A stretch of 64,000 nucleotides of DNA from Callorhinchus milii (taxonomy: Eukaryota), in assembly GCF_018977255.1 (NCBI RefSeq), contig NW_024705047.1:1-64000 (forward strand). The letters are read 5' to 3'. The first letter of the stretch is position 1. Each line of letters begins with the position of its first letter. The notes under the pieces were generated by a model that saw only the letters and a program-made list of their open reading frames with translations, was not told the origin of the DNA and did not search any database. Below, in pieces: positions 52,901 through 64,000 of the stretch. The position numbers and the translations under genes are program-made.

Positions 52901-55900
52901 GTAAGATACAGCAGTGAAATGATGCCGACTGGGGGATGTCCCTAACGGTTAAAGATGCCCGTGTGATGGTACAAAATGCATAGCCCCCAGGTAAGGATAA
53001 GCGGTTACGTGGTTCCCATAAGAAAAAATCGCTACAAAGTCACTCGACTATCTCATTTGTCTATAGCAATCCCCGGTTTTCACCGATGTCTTTCCATTAC
53101 TACCATTAGCGGGAAAGAACGAAAAACTCTGGCGTCGCCAGTTGCCGAAGCACAGCAGCGTGTGGTAGTACAGGAGATCAAATCTACCATGATCGGTTTA
53201 CCCTTAGGATTAATTCGCCTAGAATTTTCTCCCTTCCTATCTCCATCTGTTGAAAGGATGTACCACCTCCCTGAGAAGTGTATCTCTTGTCCATCAAGCA
53301 ATCCTCTATGCTAGCACTTCGTGGAACGGCATCACGTGGTAACACTACGACAGCGGCGCAAGACTTCGCTAAATGTTTTAAAACGAACTATGGGCTTTAG
53401 TAGGTCATAAATGAAGAGATACTAGTGGACAGTGGCACTTGGCAGGCCAACAGTACCGGCCGGCCGCCAGGCATAACATCATTAAGATAGCCGATTAAGG
53501 ACCTGTATGTTCGTGGTAGAGAAGGTCCAAGGAGGGGCCGTATCACCGGACAAGTCACATGTACGTTCGTAAAGCTCTCCGCGCCGTTTACAAAGAAGTC
53601 CTTCGGAACGGTTCCTACTTAAAGCTGCACTAGCCCCTTTCGTTCGCGAAATGAACCTACCGTAGACCTAAGCGTCAAATTCCGTTCTTGATAACAAATA
53701 CATGTATTGACGTTTGACATGACGAACAGATTCGGCGGCATGGCACGTAGTTAGCCTCAGTTCACCTCTGGTCACAAGCTACCTGGCACTGATTGCTGTC
53801 AGGGGACAGTGGGGTGGGATGAATTATTAGGCCCGTCACTATTCCTACCACAAGAAATAGCAAACCGGAGGGGCCTACTCCCAGGATAGAAACGCTTGTG
53901 CAGTCGCTAATACATTCTATTGACGGACATGGAGACCGTACCTAAGACTAGAATTGCCGTTAGCGCAATTGACGCGACCGACGTGATGGGTAGAGAGAGG
54001 AGGGTAGATCTCCCTACACGCGACACTTTTCTATCGGCTGAGCAAAATCATAAAGCGGGTTTTCCATCTTACACGGATGACTCTCTCTTAACAAGTCCTC
54101 TCGGTATAGATTGAGGCGATAGTCGCTTGAAGATTCGTAGCAGCGGTGTCGTTAGAGAGGAGTTGAAGAGATTAAAGAACTAATTATTAAGCGGTGGTAC
54201 TTCTTCCTCAAGATGGGTCACGCTACCTAGGCCGGGCCACGGGATTATAATAAACGGCCCCACCAAAGTTCACTTTACCAATAGAACCAGGTGAGGACGG
54301 GAGCCTCGCCTCCATCGCATCATTCGTATTATGTATTCATATATTTGTCAAAGCTTATTCTCAAGGGCGAACCTAAAGTATGGCTGACGATCCGATTGTC
54401 CGTGTTAGTGGCTTCTCCCTGGTCGAGTTAAGACCGTCAACCAGGTTTTGAACATTGAGTCCATCCTTGTCTGGAACGGAATTTCTACAAGGAATTGCTA
54501 AGGGACTCGTCTGAGCTCCGTTTGTTGATCTCTTGCAGAGACCCGAACGCGGCGCAGCTCGTCGGGGATTTGTAACGGCAATGCGGACGCACCAACCACG
54601 TGTTGTCCTGTACTCCGGTTTGTGTTGACGCTGTAATTCTTGGGGATGGGGCCCGTTGCTGATCTCGGGTGGTTGGATCTATTTTTGAGATTTCATCCAG
54701 AAAATTGATCTCTCGTCGTTTAGAAGTTGTTGTAAAACCATACGTTAGATAGCCCAATACGTTAGGCGTTGGTTGCTCCCAACACGTCAACCTTGCATTA
54801 ACAATATAATAGGAAGCTTTCAACCGGTCGCAAGTTACCCGTATATGGGGTTTTCGTCACTTAGCGTCAACTTGTTCGGCCCCTGAAGAACTTGTATCTA
54901 GCTTCCTAATCCTCGAACAGTAAACGCGGGTGGTGGTTCATTGAAAGAGTGACTTTGTTATAGCTCCCTCATCGTTAAGTCACTCGTGATCGCCGCGAAC
55001 GTGGGTATGCGAGATGGTACCATGGCCCCGCTGGTCCGACTGGTGGAGACATCGAAGAGAATGAGCGTAGAAAGCCATTGGTATGTCCCGGAAAGTTCAA
55101 CAAATCCAGTATGTTACGCGGCGTAGGGTAGATTTGTGCATAACGGTAAACGGGGACGAGGCGGACTATCCGATCCTATGGTTCGTATGATCCCACCGTT
55201 ACCACTTTGAGGTGCTCTGTTTTGCGTCCAATTGATTCGCGGCACATAAAGCACGCATCTTAGCAGGCCGCATCACATACATTGGCACACCGAGGCGGCA
55301 TGGGTACGTAATGATAAGGCTTACCTATCGGTGATGCGATAGAACCTCTACTGACAATACTTAAGTCAGTTTATGCCAGCAATGCTGCGTGGCGGCGTTA
55401 GATAGATAGACCGACCCAGCCAACCCTAGAGTCGTTGGTGACGTAACAGACTGGTCCGCGGCAAGAAATCGTAAGGTGCGCCCTCGGGGTGCGGGGGGAT
55501 GAGCTCTAAGCGCGTATAGTCACAGGCCCCTCCACTTATCAATTTCGTCAAGCGAAGGACAATGCTTGATTATTGATGTATAGCTATGTCCATGCTTAAG
55601 TGTTTACCGTTCTACAGGCGTGTCCGTACTGTCTGTCAGTCAAGAGGGCGGCCTCGCAGAAAACAGGTAGTTCTCCGAACTTTTTTGCTAGGATGTTGTG
55701 CCGTTGCGTGTGATACCCATACCCCAGTATGGCAGCCAGCTACTTGTAACCGTGAAGATATGTGAGGAGATATCTTATGCCAAGGCATAGGTGGCCGCAT
55801 CATGAGAGCGGACGTTATTTAAGCCCATTCCGTCCGTAGTAGAGTTGATCACTTAGGCACTATTGCGGGCAATGCTCTAGCCACTAGGGTAGGGGTACGG

Positions 55901-58900
55901 AACGGATTGATAGCCTTAGAGGTGAATCTAAGATAGCGATATTCTCCTAGGATCCTCCAAGTCAACCAACGTGCTTTACTACGGACAGGCGGCAAACACG
56001 AGTGCAGCTCAACTAGAAGCTAAATGGTACGCCTAATCGGGCAAGTAATCGAATATGGGGTGCCAAGTTTTGGTTTGGAATCCAGCGGCCAAGACACAGG
56101 TGCAAAGCTTCAAGGCTTTCTTGTATTTGGCACGAGTCCTCATACATTCTTAACGCCGCCAAACGACAGCGCGATCACTCGCCCTCTCTTAACGCAAATA
56201 ATTCTTTGACCTTCATATACAAGCCAGCCGCCGAAGTCGAGGGTCGAAGAATACGGGACAACCGCGCGAGGCTAATAGGCCTAAGCGAGCCCTAATGGGA
56301 GAAGATTCGTTGACGTTCCAAACCAACTGTCTTGCAAATTATGCACAGTTTACTTTAGGAAAAAACTTCTCAGACATTGGGAGCGAAGCACCTCCGCGTT
56401 TACCGACAATGCAGTAGAGGTACTGTGCTGCGTGCGGATGGTAATCGGTAGTCATATAGAGACGACTTATTCGTTTGACGGTAGAAATAGGCGCGAGGTT
56501 GGTGCCGCGTGTAGTTGACCATCTTCGAACTTTAATGCTGGGGTACTCGTAATTCGCGTTTAATAGGTTTGTATTAGGTCTACGCCGGCACGCGGCTCAA
56601 CCGCCGCGCGGAAGAGTATTCCGGACAATACTCGTCTGAACTATCTAGAAGAGCATGTGTTGCTCGTCGCGAGTCTACTAATATATAAACCCAAATCTCA
56701 CGCCTCTACGCTATACGTTGCCTGAACTCATTGCGATGCTGCTTAGATCTCGCTATCATGCGAACAGGTTGGGATCGACGACCTCTTTACCCAATTGAAC
56801 TTCGAAGTCCGTGCCGAATGATACAGTTGTGCGACGAGCTTCGTCACCGGGTGACGGGCACACGACCGTGTTCGCGCGCGTAATGACTGCACTCATACTC
56901 GGTCGTCCCAATCGCCCCAATGTTACATGCGACACCGCGTGAACAAGAAGATTGAGGTAAACGCTGGATCATTGCGTGAGTAAGTCGCGTCGCGTTATGG
57001 CGCGAAGACTGATCCACGGAAAGACGTCTGTTATTGTTTCCTATTAGTAAAACATATTTGAAAGTCCGATCGGAGCTGCCTGATGTGTAGAGGGGTCCTG
57101 CAGAGACTTTTATAGTCTCAGTGCTGCGGTGATTCTGGTTATCAGACGTCTAGTTCAGCACCTGGTGTTTCCGATGCGCTGAGATGGTTAAACTTTCGTA
57201 CGTTCTTCTCAGTCATGGCGACAAGTGGGAATGAGGGACTAACCTACTTTGCAGGATAGAGTGACTCAAAGAGTCTGTATTAAAGAACATTCGGGCAAGG
57301 CAACGAGTGACGAGATTCAGTTCACATGTTCTGCTTGTTTACAGCCGTAGACTCAAAGAGGTATACGGCCCTGTGCGGACCTGTATAAAAACAGCCTGAT
57401 TTGCCTGAAGTTAGCCCCTCGCACAGAACTCCGTCGGATACGTGATAGGTGCAGGACCCTAGGGTATCGATAGCAATCCACTACAACAACGTTACCTGAC
57501 GGTACTGAGTAAGCTATCGGTATGAATATATTTTGGTTTGTGGGATCTCTTGAAAGTCCTAGATCGCACTTTACCAGTGGACACTGACGGAATTATTGGC
57601 CGATGTTCGCGTGTCGAGGTATTCAACTGAAGAAAGTCATTCGATCCTCGGTCGCCTTAAAGGATTCCTGTTTACATGGTCGACCGCCGGAAAAGACCGC
57701 AATATAGGAAACGTGTTTACAGCGAAGTAGTGCTTGAAAACAATTGCGAAAACGCGTTCATCCAGACCACCTTAGAAGCTGAGCCACGGGGCGTTGGTCT
57801 TGAGCTGAGATTTGTTGCACTGCATGGTAAGTGAAAAATTGTCAAACGCCATGCTGATCTGCCGGACGTCATTTCAACCATACGGTCGCAGCGCATAAGT
57901 GTTAATGCCGTTATTCGTGCACCTGAACCCAACTACTCTCTAGTGTTACATAGCTCATTGTACGTGACACACGGCAGACATGTGCAATCCGGGGGCAGTT
58001 TCGACATCTCAGTTTGACTTACTAGTACGTTGTACCCCGTCGTTAGAAGTAAGCTTCGATGAAAAAGGCACCTGGAGCGAGACGCCGGACGTACCCCTTT
58101 AGGATGATACGGAGATATCTATATAAACTGAGACCCCATTGCAGCCGGAGGTACCGGTCGGACGGGAAAAAGACAAACGAGAAAGCTCGTCGATCACTAA
58201 GACGGCTATATACCCACGCAAATTACGTTTCCCAAGCACTGTTTAATTCGTGAAAGCGTAGTGATCGTGCGGGATTTGGCCACACGGAACGGGTCTTTTG
58301 GATTTCTGGAGGAGGCGGGAACGCCTAATTCTTATGAGTTCTAACGCGCCTGTTCGTGATAGCCCGATCTAGCACCTTTAGCGTACTGCAATAGGCGACG
58401 CGGGTGGTTATGAGAATTTAGAGAGTTTCAGGTAGATACTGTGGTGAATTGACGGACTATGACACTGCCACATGCTAAGTTCGGGCGGTTATGCGTCCGC
58501 ATGCCCCAGAATCAATTCTCTAGCGTGGAGTACTGTTATTTCCGAGAAACAGTACTGATCTTGTAGATCTATGAATTGCGCGTCACATACTCGCGCATGC
58601 GTGCAACGGGGGCGCTATCCCAGCCACCTTGACACCGGTACTGTGACTCCCGTTACAGCAATCTCCATAGATGCAGACAAGACCGAGCGAGACCCAAACA
58701 GCGGGATTCCGGGCGCAAGATGGACATCACGACGCTTCAAGACATTCTGCACTTTGTTTACTCCGACAACTACAGAAGTGCTTCGTTGTGTGCACACAGC
58801 GATACTCGAAATAGCAGTCCACTTGCTACCTACGCGTATTCTTAAGCTACTATGAAATCACTTGTGGTAACTCTGCCGTCAGGCTCAACTCAGAGGAAGT

Positions 58901-61660
58901 TGGCGCCCACCCTGTTTCGGCAGGTCGCGGGTAGACGCTTCGGCGTACGTGCCTGCAACTTCGCTACAAAGGGTGAGCTAACTCCAGTATCCTTGTAGGA
59001 GCCGCATGGTAGTGCGAGGTCTTGTATTTTTGTCCTATCATCCTACTTAGGTGAAAGCTTACCTGATATCATGTATATAGTGAAGTTTCTAATAATCTGA
59101 AAGACTGCACGTGTAACGAGCGGGCCTCAGGTATGTTTTGTGCTTCTCACGCGAGAATCTGTCACGCTAATAACCGGCAGGCTGACCGCTAATACTTTAA
59201 GAGTTAGACCCCATCAGCGGTGGGCCTGGTTAGGAGTGTAAACTCCATTGCTCCTCAGTCGGCTACGATAGGGCATGTTCATTGTAGCTTAAAGAATCTA
59301 AAGGTTAACTCTTTTCGGTGTCACCAGGAATTCAGCTTGATTGGTATCATCCAACGTGAGGAGGCGCTCGACGCGCTTCGTTTTCCTAAAGCTCGCAACA
59401 CGTGCAAGGTGACCTGCGTCCGGCATAAGGGTCCGTAGCATGAGTAAGCAATGAATAGTAGACAATAAGGCTATCATATGCGTCCGGGTAGTAACATTCA
59501 TCGACTATCTGGAGTACGTTTACTACGAAAAGAAACAACTATTCCAACGACATGAGGAGAAGTGCGTAAGACAACGCAACGGCCATATCGTACACGTATT
59601 AGTCTCTACTACTTTGAAACATGTGCGGGTTAGTTATATCCAGTCGTTAGTTTAGCCACAGGACTCTAATTGGACGAGTCCTGAAATCAGGGCGGTATTA
59701 CGAGCAACGTGCTGTCAGTCCAAGTGCGTTGATACAAAGTACTTCTGGGCGCTAGTTTCATACTAGTGGTGAAAGGTAGATAGCGCCTCATATCCGAATT
59801 TTTGACCTCAAAATCAATACGCTACTCCACTAGGAACCCGGCGAATGCTGACCTTGGGCCTATACTCATCACTTAACAATTAAAAGGTGAATTGCGCATG
59901 AGGTCGACTTAAAAGATCCACATTAGGCTTTATCCGGCATAGTTACTTTACGCAACAATTTTGCTACCACTCATGGTCTCTCGTGATGTTGCCATGCAAT
60001 CTACTCGCGATACCGATTCTGGCTAAGCAGTCAGGGTGGTACTACACCGAAGCCAATATTGCGTCAGATCTACGAGGCAGCGCACTAGTTGATAATCTTA
60101 GCATATAGTCCCGTGTCTGCCGGTTCACAGTATTTCATGTCAGAGTGGCAAGCGCATGTGCATCTGTATACTACTAGACGTTAAGGCAGATACTACCGCA
60201 CCCTCGGGCCCCGGAGACGGTCGTGCGTATGCCTAGGCGTTCTGTCCTCCGGCGGAAGCTGTAAAGAATCGATAGTTTTCCTGGATGCAATGTCGATATG
60301 TGATTTCGCAGCTCCCCACCGTGACCCATAACTTCCCGCCGACGCAGACCTCTCTCGCACACGCCCAATTATGCAGCTATGCAGGTTACACTCGACAGCC
60401 AGTTCACTCGTTATGGACGTCTCTAGTATACCAACTAAAAATGATTCTCTTGACGAAACATTTGGTAATGGGAATACTCGGGAATGTCCCATATTTCAGA
60501 AATACGGTTCTAACTCTGCCGCGATTTGGTACATCGGAGACGGGGCCACGCCGGTGTCAGACTCCGTGATGGCCCTGCTACAGCTTGAGAAAGACGCCGT
60601 ACCATCGGTTTAATTCCTGCAAGATCCGAGGCACGGGACTACTAAATACAGGAACCCATAGTTCGGAATCTCGGTGACTAACCGACAGCGCGCGCCGTCA
60701 TATAAACTGTCATCCCCAGGATCGACAAAGGACCACTGTGAGGTAGTGCCGACCCTTAAGCATAAAGAGCGGCAGAAGTGCCACGGAGTCGTGGTCTGAT
60801 AACAAAACGGCACATTGTGTTACGCCGCGAATTAAACCTTTCGCGAGTCAGCGTTTTCGCCCGATAGGTGTAACAATCTCTGCCTTCGTTATTACATGGT
60901 GCATTGGATATTTATTAGCGCATCAAAGAGGGCAGTACAAGATTGGTGGTGGGTGAAGTTTATAACATACTAAGCCTGCAAACATATCATAGGCGCCTAT
61001 GGGGCACGAAGCGCGAATCACTTTGTCATGAAATGGTAAGCGTTATGACGATGTATTGATTCGTTAGAGACTGGCCTGAAATAGTCGCCAACAACAATGT
61101 TGAGCAGCCGCATAACCTAGACCATAGTCGAACCCACCTCTACAAGGCCCAAGCCTGCAGCACCAGAAGAACATAATTAATCCCCCCTATCTGAGTATAG
61201 GCAAATATGGCGAGAGACGGGTAAACGACGTGGCTATTGGTCCTTATTGGCTTATGAATGCGTTCTGCCCTCACCCCTAGATTGATTGACGTACATTCTT
61301 GCCGTTGACCTCTAGGTATTCTAAGTCTCCGGGGAAGGGTGCATTATCAGGCGCTAAACATTAGACATGGGCAAATTTAGTGTCAAACCGGTAGGCCCGG
61401 GCATGGGGGGTCGCGTGAACTTAACATTGGATTGTGCGAATGGGGACTGTGATTAGAGAATCTAGGCCTGTCCCCCTTGATCGCCGAATTGCTCTCGGCG
61501 TCATTTGACTGGTGGCTGTTATTCTGTACCCGGTGCAAGCGTCTGACCCAATTCCAGGTTACTATCGTTGCGCGGTTATTGCATGACCTGGTTGTTGAAG
61601 GTTATTAGGGAGTATGTGTGAGCTTCAGCACTATTATAATCAGTTCATGAGGCAATTCAC
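37953..61660. other. Featureless random-like block (probably shuffled/synthetic or artefactual)
   Basis: No repeats, microsatellites, long A/T tracts or TE fragments, unlike both flanks. CpG and TpA appear undepleted. The longest ORF in the track is 132 aa. Right boundary approximate (about +/-50 bp). Confidence 0.85.
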
Positions 61661-61708
61661 GTTAAAATAATCATTGTATTTATTTTCTTTGAAACACAAC
61701 AAAACAAT

Positions 61709-61843
61709 CTTGATTCGAAGCTTTCGTGACTGCAGGAATCCATACTCTTTGGTTCTTCGGTAAAGTCACGTAGTTAGAAATAAAATAATATAAAACAAAT
61801 CACGACGTTTCGATCAGGCAAAAAAAATAATCAAAGAGTACGT
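61709..61843. mobile_element. PLE pLTR (second subfamily) with right arm largely deleted
   Basis: Left arm with tail; residual caaagagta right end; TSD caaaacaat at 61700-61708 and 61844-61852. Confidence 0.75.
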
Positions 61844-62559
61844 CAAAACAATTGATAGAAGAATGCTTTTTAAGAGAAAAAAAATTTCTCACCTTCCAGC
61901 GGCTTGGTAGGGCAGCGCCCCAACGCCCTAGTGGACGAACCGCGCCTGCTTCAAAAAAATGTAACACTGCCATGGCACTATCGTTTTTAATGAAAAAAAT
62001 AACGGATAATGCACTGTAACCTGATAACAAATGTATATTAATAGCATCAAAAAGTCTCCACTTTTTCGCCACCATTGTCAACACACGCCTGGAATCTTCT
62101 CCAAGTGGTCTCCAGAGCCCAGAGGCACATTTCTCGTGGTGTCGTTGCAAATTCTCAGAAGTGTTTAACATTTTTTTGAAGCACTCCGTATGAATTCCCG
62201 CGTGTGATGACGATATCAGCCACTTCCCATGAGCTATCGTGTGTGGCCTAGTCACCTCTGAAAAATAGCCAATAGCTCAATGGGCTTTGCCTGGTGAAAC
62301 AGGTTTTAGTTTTAGGCTGCCCTGGTTAATACCATACAATGTGCGACGTCTGCTGCACCATGGATGTTTAACCTCCCGTGACGTCATTCGAAATGAGTAG
62401 CAGTCGCGTGCCACGTGGATCATAACCTTACGCAATATGATCGGCGCGGACATACCATTTGTACTAAATTATTACTACTCTCATCAATGCAACAGGTGAT
62501 CAGGTTAAATACTGACGCAGGGATGTAACTATACAAAAAAACGCCACGCTGCGTGAAAC

Positions 62560-62730
62560 TGCTTGGTGTAATGGTGTTGTCAGTAGTGGTGGTGGTGGTG
62601 ACGTGGGTGTTATTGGTAACGTCGGTGGATTGGTGTTAATAGCCACTGTCTCTGTGGTGGTGCTGGTGTCGTCGTAAAGTGCTGGTGATGTGGGTGGTAT
62701 GGTGATAATGGTAGTGGTGTTGGTGATGGC
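62560..62730. repeat. (GGT/GAT)-rich low-complexity tract
   Basis: Degenerate ggt triplet repeats; again at ~62910-62965. Confidence 0.7.
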
Positions 62731-62736
62731 CAAAAA

Positions 62737-62893
62737 TTAGTACCTGGTGTGGTGTATAAACATCGCCACTGGGAGACAAAGATGGCCAGGCGTGGTGCTG
62801 GCCACCCATCCCCTCTTGTGCTGTTCCAGCCTGAATAGGTGCTCGCTAACAGAACATCCCCCAACAGTCTGTTAAAGGCTTCATGACGGTTTT
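62737..62893 (+). mobile_element. SINE core fragment, paralog of 26320-26470
   Basis: agtacctggtg...taaacatcgccactggg...ggccaccca...aataggtgctcgctaacag. Confidence 0.75.
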
Positions 62894-63220
62894 CAATGGC
62901 CACGATATGGCTGATGATGATGGTGGTGATGGTGGTATAATAATGATGATGGAGGTGCTGATGGTTGAGACATTTTGATGGCACACTGCTCCTTTGTGCC
63001 ACGCAAACAAGGCCTCTGTGGGATGATATTTGACATCATTTGTACTTGACAAATGCAATGACGAAGCTGCCAAAATTTGTTAAGCATTCCCTCCTTACGT
63101 TAATCTGCGTATCTAAGTTCGCAAAGTGACAACGTAACTGGCTGAGACTTGGAGCCTTTTGTCCTTCCCATGTGCTCAGCAGTTGACACGTGCACTTCTG
63201 TGTCAAAACGCATGTACGTA

Positions 63221-63551
63221 TTCTTAGTTTTTTCGGTAAAGTCACGTAGGTAAAAAGTAAAATAAAATAAAAATCACGACGTTTCGGAGGCAACACAAGC
63301 TTCCGTCTTCAGGTGGTACCGTTACAGCCACGACAGCTGTATCAAGTAAATGAGAGATTGCAGGAGCTACCAATCTCTCATTTACTTGATACAGCTGTCG
63401 TGGCTGTGACGGTAACACCTGAAGACGGAAGCTTGTGTTGCCTCCGAAACGTCGTGATTTTTATTTTATTTTACTTTTTACCTACGTGACTTTACCGAAA
63501 AAACCTAAGAATATGAGTCATTGCAGTCACGAAAGCTTCAAATCTAGAATT
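63221..63551. mobile_element. Penelope-like pLTR palindrome, second subfamily, two hammerheads
   Basis: 14-bp TSD aacgcatgtacgta at 63207-63220 and 63552-63565. Hammerheads at 63274-63315 (-) and 63416-63457 (+). Confidence 0.9.
63416..63457 (+). ncRNA. Minimal type I hammerhead ribozyme motif
   Basis: cac-CUGAAGA-c-GGAAGC(uuguguu)GCCUCC-GAAA-C-GUC-gug. Confidence 0.75.
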
Positions 63552-64000
63552 AACGCATGTACGTAATGGTGGAAACAGATAACGATGCAAGAAAAGCCTG
63601 TCTCATTCATTGTGTAGTGCAGCCCTCACAGGCCAAATAGCCCCCCGCCCTCCAAACTCCTCTGCCACCAACTCCCGACATTCTGATTCCCATCAGGACA
63701 TGACATCAAATTTAATATTTATCTCAAATTCCCAGGGGCCTCGGGCAGAGCCATTGCAAGGAGTATCTCCTTCCTGAGCCACTGTGTACAAACACAAAGG
63801 AAACTGAATGGCTCCTAGCCGCAGTACATGGCCATGAAAATTATCCGAAAACCTCAAAGGACGTGCCAGTGCCTTGTTTCATTTATTACAATCAATGATT
63901 TCCCGGTGTATACACGTGTAGTCCACATGTGGTCGATCGGTTGGTTACGTGTTTTTGGGGCTAAAGCATGGGCAGTCCCTCTTTCTCCGGCGTGGAAGAG

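Noticed and set aside
37960-60813. Many 60-132 aa ORFs in the random-like block
   Set aside because: Lengths look like chance; no recognisable motifs, strand bias or gene-like packing.
37802-61843. Same-orientation pLTRs flanking the random block as LTRs of a 24-kb element
   Set aside because: The right copy has its own TSD, the two copies differ noticeably, and the family is dense enough for this to be coincidence.
4178-63551. CRISPR-like or integron attC-like interpretation of the recurring palindromes
   Set aside because: Copies are dispersed, irregularly spaced and individually flanked by TSDs in a eukaryotic context; no cas or integrase gene.

Overview
Eukaryotic, repeat-rich, apparently non-coding DNA. 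It is probably from a lamprey, inferred from a Chapaev3-type transposase relic and the SINE/LINE mix. I found no intact protein-coding gene. The strongest real signal is a family of about 12 short Penelope-like (PLE) pseudo-LTR insertions. Most are perfect-looking inverted repeats with 9-14 bp target-site duplications, and each arm that is not truncated carries a minimal type I hammerhead ribozyme (CUGANGA...GAAAC-GUC). Across copies the motif varies at the tolerant N7 position and shows compensatory stem II changes. Other elements are an internally deleted Chapaev3 DNA transposon, hAT-type and Tc2/pogo-type MITEs, a ~1.85 kb foldback, RTE, L2-like, Vingi and Rex3-like LINE 3' ends, tRNA-derived SINEs, a G-free 37-bp minisatellite and several enhancer-like AT-rich blocks. 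About 23.7 kb (37953 to ~61660) looks statistically random: no repeats, no low-complexity tracts, no long ORFs. It is most likely shuffled or synthetic sequence, and I make no biological calls inside it.
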